Source: an uncultured Anaerolineales bacterium
GTDB taxonomy: Bacteria; Chloroflexota; Anaerolineae; Anaerolineales; UBA11858
NCBI GenBank assembly: GCA_964621835.1
Contig: CAZUMA010000005.1
Location: forward strand, 2,527 to 66,526
Reading direction: 5' to 3'
DNA: 64,000 nucleotides
In this document: piece by piece, positions 37,387 to 45,864 of the stretch
Position numbering within the stretch: position 1 is the first letter of the stretch
How the letters are laid out: every line of letters starts with the position of its first letter
Position numbers and translations under genes: made by a program
The notes under the pieces: generated by a model
The model's database searches: none
Seen by the model: the letters and a program-made list of their open reading frames with translations, nothing else
What the model was told of the DNA's origin: nothing

Positions 37387-38016
37387 TCAGGCTGAAGGGA
37401 TCCGGGAAACCGGTTGGCGGAGAATGGTCTTCAACCTCGCAGGCTCCACGCGGCGCGGATCACTGAGATAAATCTCATGATGCTTTCCATTTGTCTGAAA
37501 CCCGTGATCCGGAAGCCACTGGTTGTGCAGCTGCGCCAACACGGGCCCTTCCTCATCATAGGAACCAACATGAAGAATCTGCACCGACAACCCTTCCCGG
37601 TAAGCTTCCAAGCGCAGCCGCTGCAGGGCGGGGAGGTCCTTTTTGGTTTTCACCTCCTCTATTGCCAATTCAACCTCCTCCTGGGAAATCCAGTCCGGGG
37701 TCATAATCATCATCGTCCAATCCCAAGTGCTTTTATCTCGGGCGGTGGTGAATGCCTCCATATCCTCTGCCCACCATAAACCCTCCAGCGGAGGAACAAC
37801 ATAATCCCGACCTGCTTTCTTGCTGAAGAACTTGATCTTGTAGGCTGCTCCATACAACGCCTCAACTGCCTGCTGATAGGCAGGTTCCGTATTCGGATCA
37901 CCATGCCCATCGATCATCAAGTATTGCAGCGGTGGAACGTCTACCACCTGGAAGGCTGTTTTGGGGGGACTGTAGAGGTGTTTCCATTCCTTCTTAAAAT
38001 CAATTTTCTCCATCAC
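37387..38016 (-). CDS. GyrI-like small-molecule-binding domain protein
   Basis: KKEWKHLYSPPKTAFQVVDVPPLQYLMIDGHGDPNT...LEGLWW...HEIYLSDPRRV is a typical GyrI-like/DUF-type pattern. Confidence 0.75.
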   Translation of the reverse strand: MMEKIDFKKEWKHLYSPPKTAFQVVDVPPLQYLMIDGHGDPNTEPAYQQAVEALYGAAYKIKFFSKKAGRDYVVPPLEGLWWAEDMEAFTTARDKSTWDWTMMIMTPDWISQEEVELAIEEVKTKKDLPALQRLRLEAYREGLSVQILHVGSYDEEGPVLAQLHNQWLPDHGFQTNGKHHEIYLSDPRRVEPARLKTILRQPVSRIPSA

Positions 38017-38547
38017 GGGGCTCCTTTTGCTCTCCGTATCCCGGTTTTTTTCTGGGGATCCAGCGTATCCCCCAACAAGCGGTGGGACTGATCGGCTGCC
38101 AGCCCGAGCATTTTTGAATGGATTTTTTCTGATGGCTGGACCGTAAAGGGAATCGCGTTCACAAGTTCATGTTCTATCTAGGTGGAAAATTATAGATCAC
38201 ACCCACCGATAGATATGCAGCCAACCAGAACCAAAGTTGTCTCTGGGCCTTCCAGGTAAAATTAACAACGGTCTTCCTGTCCACCCGAGACTACCCCAGA
38301 CCCCAACAACTTGTGCGCTGAAGCCTGGCAGCTGACCCTCAGCAATATGCCCATATCACAGCTTTCTGCAAGGCTGGTTCACCATGGATCTTCCCATATC
38401 TTTGAACAAAGACAGGAAAAAAGCCTGACTACAGTTTAATGGTTTTCCGGGAATTGTAAAGATCGGGTATTGAGGGTCCCCCGGGAAGGAGCCCCCCGCC
38501 TTTCTGCAATCCTGGACTCCCCACTATGTTCCCAAACCCCAATCCCA

Positions 38548-38577
38548 TTTACACCTGGCAATGGCCCGTGATAGAAT
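38548..38577 (+). promoter_or_regulatory. sigma70-like promoter TTTACA-N18-TAGAAT with TGn extended -10
   Basis: TTTACA is at 38548-38553 and TGaTAGAAT at 38569-38577. These lie 33 nt upstream of the ATG at 38610, which has a CAGGAG RBS. Confidence 0.5.
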
Positions 38578-38609
38578 AATGAAACCAATCCGTTCGCACC
38601 CGCAGGAGC

Positions 38610-39170
38610 ATGAATATGTCCAATATGGTGGAAGTGGTCATTGACAGCATTCGGGTAAGTCTGATGTCTCAGCAGCGCGTGATTATTCTCCGCGAGCTGA
38701 ATGCTGACCGCTATCTGCCGATCATGGTCGGTGTTTTTGAGGCGGAACATCTCACGCTGGCCCTCCAGGATGTCACGGTATCCCGGCCTCTGACCTACGA
38801 TCTTTTTGTGAACATGCTCGATCAGCTGGGCGCTGAAGTGGTCCATGTTGAGGTGGTTGCGCTTCGCGATGAAACCTACTACGGCAACATCGTGGTCAGC
38901 ATGAATGGGACCCTGCATAATATCGACTCCCGGCCCTCTGATGCCATGAACCTAGCTGTCCGTCTGGATATCCCCATCTTCGTGGCGGATGATGTCCTTG
39001 AAGAAGCCGGATTGATCCCCGAAGAGGATCTTGCAGAAGCTGGCTTGGATGAAGAGGTCGATACCGAGCGTCTTTCGGTTTTCGAGGAATACCTGGAAAA
39101 CCTGACCCCGGAGGACCAGGACGAGGATGTGGATGACGAGGCCGATCAGGAAGGTGAAAACAAGAATTAA
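38610..39170 (+). CDS. bifunctional nuclease (DUF151/BFN) family protein with acidic C-terminal tail
   Basis: VRVSLMSQQRVIILRELNADRYLPIMVGVFEAEHLTLALQDVTVSRPLTYDL matches the BFN core. The C-terminal tail is Asp/Glu-rich. Confidence 0.75.
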   Translation: MNMSNMVEVVIDSIRVSLMSQQRVIILRELNADRYLPIMVGVFEAEHLTLALQDVTVSRPLTYDLFVNMLDQLGAEVVHVEVVALRDETYYGNIVVSMNGTLHNIDSRPSDAMNLAVRLDIPIFVADDVLEEAGLIPEEDLAEAGLDEEVDTERLSVFEEYLENLTPEDQDEDVDDEADQEGENKN

Positions 39171-39190
39171 CCCTGTCGCCCCTTCCTTCC

Positions 39191-39240
39191 AGCTGGTGCC
39201 CAGAAATGGGAACTCCCGTTTCGATCCACCAGCTTTTTTA
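39191..39240 (+). terminator. possible intrinsic terminator (long-loop hairpin + T6)
   Basis: AGCTGGTG...CACCAGCT is followed by TTTTTTA. The loop of about 29 nt lowers confidence. Confidence 0.4.
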
Positions 39241-39299
39241 TTCCTGCTCTCCGGTGTACAATAAAACAAGAACCCCACAGCGATGATGGACAATGCCCC

Positions 39300-40682
39300 A
39301 TGACCGATGTCGTCCAGTTCGATTCCACATCCAACTCATCTGGACCGCAGCTGGTTCCTCACAGCCGGGAGGCTGAGGAAGCAGTCATTGGTGCGGTACT
39401 GATAAACCCAGAAGCTTATTACGATGTCGCCCAGTTCCTGAAAGCAGAGGACTTCTATATCCACCGCCACCAGTGGGTCTGGCAGGCCTTTGTCGCCCTG
39501 CATGACCGGAATGAAGCCATTGATTTTGTCACGGTCACAGAGGAGCTGGATCAAATGGGACACCTTGCTGATATCGGCGGAGCAGCTTACATTACCCAGC
39601 TGATCAACAATGTCCCCTCCTCCCTGCATGCTGAGGCCTACGGGCATCGCGTGGAAGAGACCGCGATTCGAAGGCGGATGCTCAATGCCGCAAACTCAAT
39701 TGCGAAGCTGGCTTACGAGGAGAATCTCAGCCTGCAGACTGTGCTGGATGATTCTGAAAAAGCGGTTTTCAACGTCAGCGAGCGCAGGCTGACCCGGGAT
39801 CTTCAGCCAATCAAAGCGGTCCTCAGTGAGTATTTTGACCGGGTTGAGGAGCTCTCCCAGCGGGATGAGGCGCTGGTTGGGGTTCCGACCGGGTTCATTG
39901 ATATCGACCGCATGCTGGGCGGACTGCAGCCATCAGACCTGCTGATCATCGCCGGACGACCCGGCATGGGGAAAACGGGATTCCTGCTGTCTGCTGTAAA
40001 AAATGCGGCCTTGATCCATAAAAAACATGTCGCAGTTTTCTCCCTGGAGATGTCCAATGAGCAATTGGTTCAGCGGATCATTGCCCAGGAGACGGGGATC
40101 AATTCCACTCAGCTCCGCTCCGGGAAGCTGAACCCTGATCAGTGGCCGCTGTTCACCCAGGCGATTGAGGTGCTCAATGACACGCAGATCTTCCTGGATG
40201 ATACCCCCGCCCTCACGCCCCTGCAGCTGCGCACCAAAGCCCGCCGCCTGCACCTGGAGTACAAACTGGATTTGATCGTGGTTGACTACCTGCAGCTGAT
40301 GACTGGGGACATGCGCTCCAGCAACCGGGTCCAGGAGGTCTCCGATATCTCCCGCAGCCTGAAAATCCTTGCCCGCGAGCTCAATGTCCCCGTGCTGGCC
40401 GCAGCCCAGCTCTCACGGGCTGTAGAACAGCGCAGCGATAAACGACCGGTCCTGAGCGACCTTCGCGAATCCGGATCCCTGGAGCAGGACGCGGATATTG
40501 TCATGTTTATTTATCGACCGGAAGTCTATGAGGAGGACACCCCCTTGAAAAACCTGGCGGAAATCATCATCGCCAAGCATCGCAATGGCCCCACCGGGGA
40601 TGTCCAGCTGGTTTTCCGCAGAAACCTGGCAAAATTTGAAAACGCCGCCACAAGGGACATTGATCTGACCCAGGTGATGTAA
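39300..40682 (+). CDS. dnaB: replicative DNA helicase DnaB
   Basis: 460 aa. The N-terminal domain reads PHSREAEEAVIGAVLINPEAYYDV. Walker A is GRPGMGKTGF, Walker B is LIVVDYLQLM, and SRAVEQRSDKRPVLSDLRESGSLEQDAD is also present. Confidence 0.92.
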   Translation: MTDVVQFDSTSNSSGPQLVPHSREAEEAVIGAVLINPEAYYDVAQFLKAEDFYIHRHQWVWQAFVALHDRNEAIDFVTVTEELDQMGHLADIGGAAYITQLINNVPSSLHAEAYGHRVEETAIRRRMLNAANSIAKLAYEENLSLQTVLDDSEKAVFNVSERRLTRDLQPIKAVLSEYFDRVEELSQRDEALVGVPTGFIDIDRMLGGLQPSDLLIIAGRPGMGKTGFLLSAVKNAALIHKKHVAVFSLEMSNEQLVQRIIAQETGINSTQLRSGKLNPDQWPLFTQAIEVLNDTQIFLDDTPALTPLQLRTKARRLHLEYKLDLIVVDYLQLMTGDMRSSNRVQEVSDISRSLKILARELNVPVLAAAQLSRAVEQRSDKRPVLSDLRESGSLEQDADIVMFIYRPEVYEEDTPLKNLAEIIIAKHRNGPTGDVQLVFRRNLAKFENAATRDIDLTQVM

Positions 40683-41383
40683 TGACATTTAATGGCTTTC
40701 CCTCTGGTAAACTTTCATACACAAGACTGCCATCCCTGTTTTTTAAGGACCTGCTGCCCCAAATTGACAATCTGGAGGAGCTGAAAGTCATCCTCTACGC
40801 ACTCTGGCAGGTGACCCGCCAGGAAGGGGAGATCCGCTGCCTCAGGGAGACTGATTTGATCAATGACCCCATCTTTATGGCAGGGATGGGAGATACCCCG
40901 GCCGAACAAAAGCGCGCAGTGCGGCAGGGGTTGGAGCGGGCGGTGTCCCGCGGTGTGTTTATTACAGCAGCCGCTCCGGATCAAGAGGGTCAAACCCTTC
41001 TTTATTTTTTTAATTCTCCTCGGGGAAAAACGGCCGTTCAGGCAGTCAAAAAGGGTAGATGGCATCCTGCATCCGGCAGATCAACCATCACCCTCGATAT
41101 TGAACGGCCGAACATATTTCAGCTGTATGAGGAAAATATCGGGCCTCTGACCCCCCTGATCGCGGACACCCTCAAGGAAGCTGAAAAAATCTACCCGGAG
41201 CAGTGGATTGCTCAGGCAGTGGAGATTGCCGTCCAGAACAACGTCCGGAAATGGAATTATATTGAGGCTATCCTGACCAGCTGGCAGGAAAGTGGAAGAG
41301 ATGAGCGACAGGATCGAAGACATACTGAAAAAGACCGCCGGGCATATCTCAAAGATAAATTCGCGGACTTCCTCGAAGAATAG
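40682..41383 (+). CDS. DnaD-domain (DnaD/phage replication-associated) protein
   Basis: The start overlaps the dnaB stop by 1 nt (TAATG). The C-terminal NIFQLYEENIGPLTPLIADTLKEAEKIYPEQWIAQAVEIAVQNNVRKWNYIEAILTSWQESG matches the DnaD-domain signature. Confidence 0.75.
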   Translation: MTFNGFPSGKLSYTRLPSLFFKDLLPQIDNLEELKVILYALWQVTRQEGEIRCLRETDLINDPIFMAGMGDTPAEQKRAVRQGLERAVSRGVFITAAAPDQEGQTLLYFFNSPRGKTAVQAVKKGRWHPASGRSTITLDIERPNIFQLYEENIGPLTPLIADTLKEAEKIYPEQWIAQAVEIAVQNNVRKWNYIEAILTSWQESGRDERQDRRHTEKDRRAYLKDKFADFLEE

Positions 41384-42683
41384 CCCGCAAGAACCCACTC
41401 TGCCGGGGAATCCGGACTGCGAGCTCTGTGGTGGGGTGGGGTATCTGCGCGTGGATGTGCCCCTCAATCATCCCGATTTTGGCAGAATCCAGGTCTGCCC
41501 TTGCCGCAGCGGACAGCTGAAACAACAAGTCCGAAACCAACTGTACCAGATGAGCAACCTCGAGGAGCTGGCCCACCTCACCTTTGAGAACTTCAATCCC
41601 CGGGGGCGGATCGGCGTTGGACCTGCCCAGGCAAATTCCCTGGAACAGGCTTTCAATCACGCCCAGCAGTTTTCCCGCCAATTAGGGGGCTGGTTGGTTA
41701 TCCAGGGCCGCTACGGCTGCGGTAAAACCCATCTAGCAGCTGCAGTGGCAAACTTCGTGGTGGATCTCGGGGTGCCAACCCTGTTTCTGACTGTCCCTGA
41801 CTTACTGGACAATCTTCGTTTTTCTTACCACACCCCGGAATCCACATTCGAAGAGCGATTCAAGGATATTCGTCGTTCCCCGCTGCTGATCTTGGATGAC
41901 TTTGGAACAGAGAACGCCACGCCCTGGGCGCAGGAAAAGCTGTTTCAAATCCTCAATTACCGCTATATTAACAATTTGCCGCTGCTGGTGACCACAAATC
42001 TCTCGCTTGATCAAATGGAGGGACGGATCCGCTCCCGGCTGCAGGATCCAGAACTGGTCACCCAGGTGAGGATCCTGGCTCCGGATTATCGGCGGCCGAT
42101 GGATGATACTGGGCATTCTGAACTCTCCACGCTCAGTTTTCTCAGGGAGCACACCTTCGGCAGTTTCAGCTTGCGGGAGGAAGAAAAGCTGGACAAGGAG
42201 GATCAAAAAAAGCTGAAGAGTGCTTTCCAGGCTGCTCGCAGTTATGCGGAAAATCCCCGGGGCTGGCTGGTGCTCCAGGGGGGGTATGCCAGTGGGAAAA
42301 CACATCTGGCGGCCGCGATTGCCAACTACCGGGCGGGAGAAGGCTTCCCCCCCTTGTTTATCATGGTCCCCGATCTGCTTGACCATCTCCGGGCTACTTT
42401 CAACCCGGAGAGCACCGTTAGTTATGATCGGCGTTTTGATGAAGTCAAAACCTCCCCCCTGCTGGTCCTGGACGATCTAGGAACCCAGTCAATGACCCCC
42501 TGGGTGAAGGAAAAACTTTATCAGCTTTTTAACTATCGCTACATCGCTTCACTTCCTACCGTGATCACCACCGCAGATACTCTTAGCGAGATCGATCCCC
42601 GCATCCGCAGCCGGATGCTGGACCGGCGCATCTGCCGGATACATGCCATCACCGTCCCTCCTTATTACGGCGGGACGCGATAA
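41301..42683 (+). CDS. tandem-duplicated DnaC/DnaI (IstB-like AAA+) helicase-loader-type ATPase with N-terminal Cys cluster
   Basis: It has two complete modules. Module 1: GWLVIQGRYGCGKTHLAAAVANF...LLILDDFG...NYRYINNLPLLVTTN...RIRSRL. Module 2: GWLVLQGGYASGKTHLAAAIANY...LLVLDDLG...NYRYIASLPTVITTA...RIRSRM. The N-terminus carries CELCGG...VCPC. ATG at 41301 (track GTG at 41292) overlaps the DnaD-domain gene out of frame. Confidence 0.8.
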   Translation: MSDRIEDILKKTAGHISKINSRTSSKNSPQEPTLPGNPDCELCGGVGYLRVDVPLNHPDFGRIQVCPCRSGQLKQQVRNQLYQMSNLEELAHLTFENFNPRGRIGVGPAQANSLEQAFNHAQQFSRQLGGWLVIQGRYGCGKTHLAAAVANFVVDLGVPTLFLTVPDLLDNLRFSYHTPESTFEERFKDIRRSPLLILDDFGTENATPWAQEKLFQILNYRYINNLPLLVTTNLSLDQMEGRIRSRLQDPELVTQVRILAPDYRRPMDDTGHSELSTLSFLREHTFGSFSLREEEKLDKEDQKKLKSAFQAARSYAENPRGWLVLQGGYASGKTHLAAAIANYRAGEGFPPLFIMVPDLLDHLRATFNPESTVSYDRRFDEVKTSPLLVLDDLGTQSMTPWVKEKLYQLFNYRYIASLPTVITTADTLSEIDPRIRSRMLDRRICRIHAITVPPYYGGTR

Positions 42684-42738
42684 GTGGGCCGTGCTCCATC
42701 TTTCCCCCTCTGATTCTTATATATCCTTTATCCTCCTC

Positions 42739-42747
42739 TGGTAGAAT
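42739..42747 (+). promoter_or_regulatory. extended -10 promoter element TGgTAGAAT
   Basis: TGGTAGAAT lies 34 nt upstream of the CDF transporter ATG. Confidence 0.45.
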
Positions 42748-42780
42748 AACCCAACACGAGGATAATCAGATTGGGAAATC

Positions 42781-43671
42781 ATGGAACATCAAGATCACAA
42801 ACACCCTCATGCTCAATCCCACAGCAGGGAGAAAATCAGGACAGCCTTCCTGCTTAATCTGAGTTTCACCTTCCTGGAAATTATTGGGGGCATTTGGTCC
42901 AACAGCGTGGCAATTCTTTCCGATGCCGTGCACGACCTCGGTGACAGCGTTTCCTTAGGGCTTGCCTGGTATTTTGACAGGATCTCGGATCAAGAAAAAG
43001 ATCCCCGGTTTTCCTATGGCTACCGCCGCTTTTCCCTCCTGGGAGCCCTCCTTAACGCCTTGATCTTGCTGGTCGGCTCGGTGGTTGTGCTTTCCCGCAC
43101 CATTCCCCGCCTGCTTACGCCGGAACCAGCGGCAGCCCCGCGGATGATCCTCTTTGCGGTCATCGGCATCCTTGTCAACGGCTTTGCAGCTCTCAACCTC
43201 CGTGAGAACAGCAGTTTAAACGCCCGGGTGATTTCCTGGCACCTGATGGAAGATGTGCTGGGGTGGGCTGCGGTGCTGGTTGTGGCTGTTATCCTGCTGT
43301 TTGTCGACCTTCCTATCCTCGATCCCATCCTGTCCATTCTGATTACCTTCTACATCCTTTACCACATCACGGTAAACCTGCGGGAGACGATTTCTGTTTT
43401 TCTGCAATCAGTTCCCAGGGAGATTGATGTGCAAGAAATTCAAGGGAAAATCAATGCAGTAAAAGGTGTACAATCCTCTCACCACACCCATGTTTGGTCG
43501 CTGGATGGGGAGAGCCATGTGCTATCTACCCATGTGAATATCGGGACACAAGCGAATCAACAACAAGCTTCCCGCATCAAAGCCGAGGTCAAAGAATTGC
43601 TCAGTCCATACAAGATCGGTCATATCACTGTAGAGATAGAATATGGGGAAGACGACTGCACCATGTGCTGA
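42781..43671 (+). CDS. cation diffusion facilitator (CzcD/ZitB-like) metal efflux transporter
   Basis: It has an N-terminal His-rich segment, then AILSDAVHDLGDS (TM2 HDxxD-type site) and HLMEDVLGW (TM5 site), and a C-terminal cytoplasmic domain. Confidence 0.9.
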   Translation: MEHQDHKHPHAQSHSREKIRTAFLLNLSFTFLEIIGGIWSNSVAILSDAVHDLGDSVSLGLAWYFDRISDQEKDPRFSYGYRRFSLLGALLNALILLVGSVVVLSRTIPRLLTPEPAAAPRMILFAVIGILVNGFAALNLRENSSLNARVISWHLMEDVLGWAAVLVVAVILLFVDLPILDPILSILITFYILYHITVNLRETISVFLQSVPREIDVQEIQGKINAVKGVQSSHHTHVWSLDGESHVLSTHVNIGTQANQQQASRIKAEVKELLSPYKIGHITVEIEYGEDDCTMC

Positions 43672-43757
43672 ATCCATGAGAACGAAGGTACCTTTTCGGG
43701 GCTTGAGGGGTCTCGATCGTCAACATAGAGAAAAAAATAATCAAAAAGGAGTCAAGA

Positions 43758-44033
43758 ATGGCCAAGAAAAAAGTCCTTGTCAAAAGTGATGTCCGGATGA
43801 GTCTCCCGGACGTGGCAGCTTTCTTGGGGGAACTGGCGGACAAAATAGAATCAAACCAGGTCACGCTGCAGCAAGCTGGAGATGAGGTCAACATCACGAT
43901 GCCGGAGACAGTTGAATTTGAAATTGAGTTCACAGAAAAACATAAGAAGAAAAAAGGGACAAAAAAACAGCTGGAAATTGAGATCGAATGGTACCAGGAT
44001 GGAAGCAAACACCAGCCGGTCAGCCTGGGGTAA
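43758..44033 (+). CDS. amphi-Trp domain-containing small protein
   Basis: 91 aa. SLPDVAAFLGELADKIESNQVTL, a KKKKGTKKQLEIEIEW block and the overall pattern match my recollection of the amphi-Trp family. An AAAGGAG RBS is present. Confidence 0.5.
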   Translation: MAKKKVLVKSDVRMSLPDVAAFLGELADKIESNQVTLQQAGDEVNITMPETVEFEIEFTEKHKKKKGTKKQLEIEIEWYQDGSKHQPVSLG

Positions 44034-44057
44034 TCAGTAATCTCGCATCCAGCTTAA

Positions 44058-44095
44058 GAAGCGTGTTCAAGCACTGGGCACGCTTCATTTGTTTA
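44058..44095 (+). terminator. intrinsic terminator after the amphi-Trp gene
   Basis: GAAGCGTG-12 nt loop-CACGCTTC is followed by the T-rich ATTTGTTTA. Confidence 0.55.
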
Positions 44096-44181
44096 CGATC
44101 CAGGAAAAGTTGGCCAGCTTCCAGCGGCACCCTGCAATGCGGTATACTAGACAAAAGAGGACTGAATCAGGAGAGAGTGTA

Positions 44182-44793
44182 ATGGCTTCAAAGAAGCATT
44201 TTTTACGGGATCGACCCCATCCCTGGCATGGTCTTGAGGTAGGGCCTGATCCCCCCAGCGTTGTCTATACGTTTGTGGAAATCACTCCGTTTGACCTTGT
44301 GAAGTATGAACTTCATAAGGAAACCGGGTTTTTAATGGTTGACCGACCTCAGGACACAAGCTCCCTCCCCCCTGCTCTGTATGGATTTATTCCCAGGACC
44401 TACTGCGATGATGGTGTAGCAGCGCTGATGGAGGGGGCAGAAGAAGGGGATCATGACCCTTTGGATATTATCGTACTGAGTGAACGATCCATCTCCCGCG
44501 GAGATGTGCTGCTCCGTTCTCACGTCGTGGGCGGGATCCCAACGCTGGACCACGGGCTGGCTGATGACAAGATCATCGCTGTGCTCGAAGATGATGCTCT
44601 CTGGGGCCATATCTCCAATATTTCCGAACTGCCGCATGGATTAATTGACCGCCTGAAGCATTATTTTGCAACCTACAAAACCCAACCGGATGAAGTAGAA
44701 GCAGAGGTCATCGTGGGGGATCCTTACAACGCAGCTCATGCAAAAAAAGTCATCACCACGGCAATTGATGATTATCGACGGGCTTTTATCTAA
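44182..44793 (+). CDS. ppa: family I inorganic pyrophosphatase
   Basis: ATG at 44182 (CAGGAGAG RBS). HPWHGLEVGP...VEITPFDLVKYELHKETGFLMVDR...YGFIP...GDHDPLDIIVL...DDKIIAV are typical PPase motifs. Confidence 0.85.
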   Translation: MASKKHFLRDRPHPWHGLEVGPDPPSVVYTFVEITPFDLVKYELHKETGFLMVDRPQDTSSLPPALYGFIPRTYCDDGVAALMEGAEEGDHDPLDIIVLSERSISRGDVLLRSHVVGGIPTLDHGLADDKIIAVLEDDALWGHISNISELPHGLIDRLKHYFATYKTQPDEVEAEVIVGDPYNAAHAKKVITTAIDDYRRAFI

Positions 44794-44832
44794 GCAACCC
44801 CCTCTGAGATCGTTGACCCGCTCTGGCTGTGT

Positions 44833-45504
44833 ATGAACCAGGACCAAAAAGACATCACCCCTGTGCGCCGTCCCCTTTCAGCGTCCGCGCGCTTTTACAG
44901 CCGTCTGGCTCCCTGGTATGATTGGCTGGCTGCCAGTGAACAAAGTCTTCTCAAAGATGGGGTCTGGATGCTGAATCCACAACACGGTGAGTCCCTGATT
45001 GATGTGGGGGCTGGAACCGGACGAGGCCTGGAATTGATCCTCCAGGAGGAATCCAATGGTTTGCATATCGGGCTTGATCTTTCAAAAGGCATGTGTCTGA
45101 CTGCCCGGCAAAAACTAATCCAATACCATCCGAACCTTTCCCCGGATTTACTTCAGGGAAATGCGCTGAAGATTCCCCTTCAATCCAACGCAGTTGATGC
45201 AATTTTCTGCAGTTTCACCCTCGAGCTGTTTGACACCCCCCTGATCCCAAGCGTTCTGGACGAATTCCGCCGCATTCTCAAAGCCACCGGGAGGCTGCTG
45301 CTTGTCTCCCTCTCCAAAGACCAACCTCTTCCCTGGACCGGAAGGGTGTATGAGCAGCTGCATCTTCTTTTGCCTACCTGGATCGACTGCCGCCCCATTC
45401 CTGTCCTTTCTCTGCTGCAGGCATCTGGCTATCAGGTCGTTCAGGATAAACAGGTCCATCTGTGGGGGCTGCCCGTGAGTATTTCCCTTTCGAGGGTGAG
45501 GTGA
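44833..45504 (+). CDS. class I SAM-dependent methyltransferase
   Basis: Motif I is LIDVGAGTGRGL and motif II-like is DAIFCSFTLELF. The substrate is unknown. Confidence 0.8.
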   Translation: MNQDQKDITPVRRPLSASARFYSRLAPWYDWLAASEQSLLKDGVWMLNPQHGESLIDVGAGTGRGLELILQEESNGLHIGLDLSKGMCLTARQKLIQYHPNLSPDLLQGNALKIPLQSNAVDAIFCSFTLELFDTPLIPSVLDEFRRILKATGRLLLVSLSKDQPLPWTGRVYEQLHLLLPTWIDCRPIPVLSLLQASGYQVVQDKQVHLWGLPVSISLSRVR

Positions 45505-45815
45505 TCTACTCCCTGAAAGCAGAAAACTCAACCGGGATCGTTCCCGGTTGCTGGAATATCTTGCCCTGATTTCCCTCCTCGGAAAATTTGGATCAAGCGT
45601 GTTCCCTGTCATAACAGAGAAGGAAATCCCACAGCCGGGATCCCCTTTCCGGGTGGCTTTGAATGGTTTCCTCATTCTGGGTCTTTGCTTGTTATTTGCC
45701 TGCCCGCAATCAGTTGGACACCGGATATCACAGAAAACATGATCAATGAAAATCTCGTTGCTGTTTGCCCATCCGTATAGATTGCTGTCTAGCTTTGATC
45801 CTGTAACCGGAAAAG

Positions 45816-45853
45816 AAAAAACTGCTCCTACTTATCGTAAGAGCAGTTTTTTT
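45816..45853. terminator. bidirectional hairpin terminator downstream of tRNA-Glu
   Basis: AAAAAACTGCTC-13 nt loop-GAGCAGTTTTTTT. The A/T flanks can extend the stem in either orientation. Confidence 0.55.
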
Positions 45854-45864
45854 AAGAAAACTTG

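Noticed and set aside
45525-45546. A perfect 9-bp hairpin, CAACCGGGA-tcgt-TCCCGGTTG, 20 nt after the methyltransferase stop, considered as an intrinsic terminator.
   Set aside because: No U-tract follows on the plus strand, where the sequence continues CTGGAATATC. It may still be a weak or Rho-assisted stop or an mRNA stabiliser, but I do not call it a terminator.
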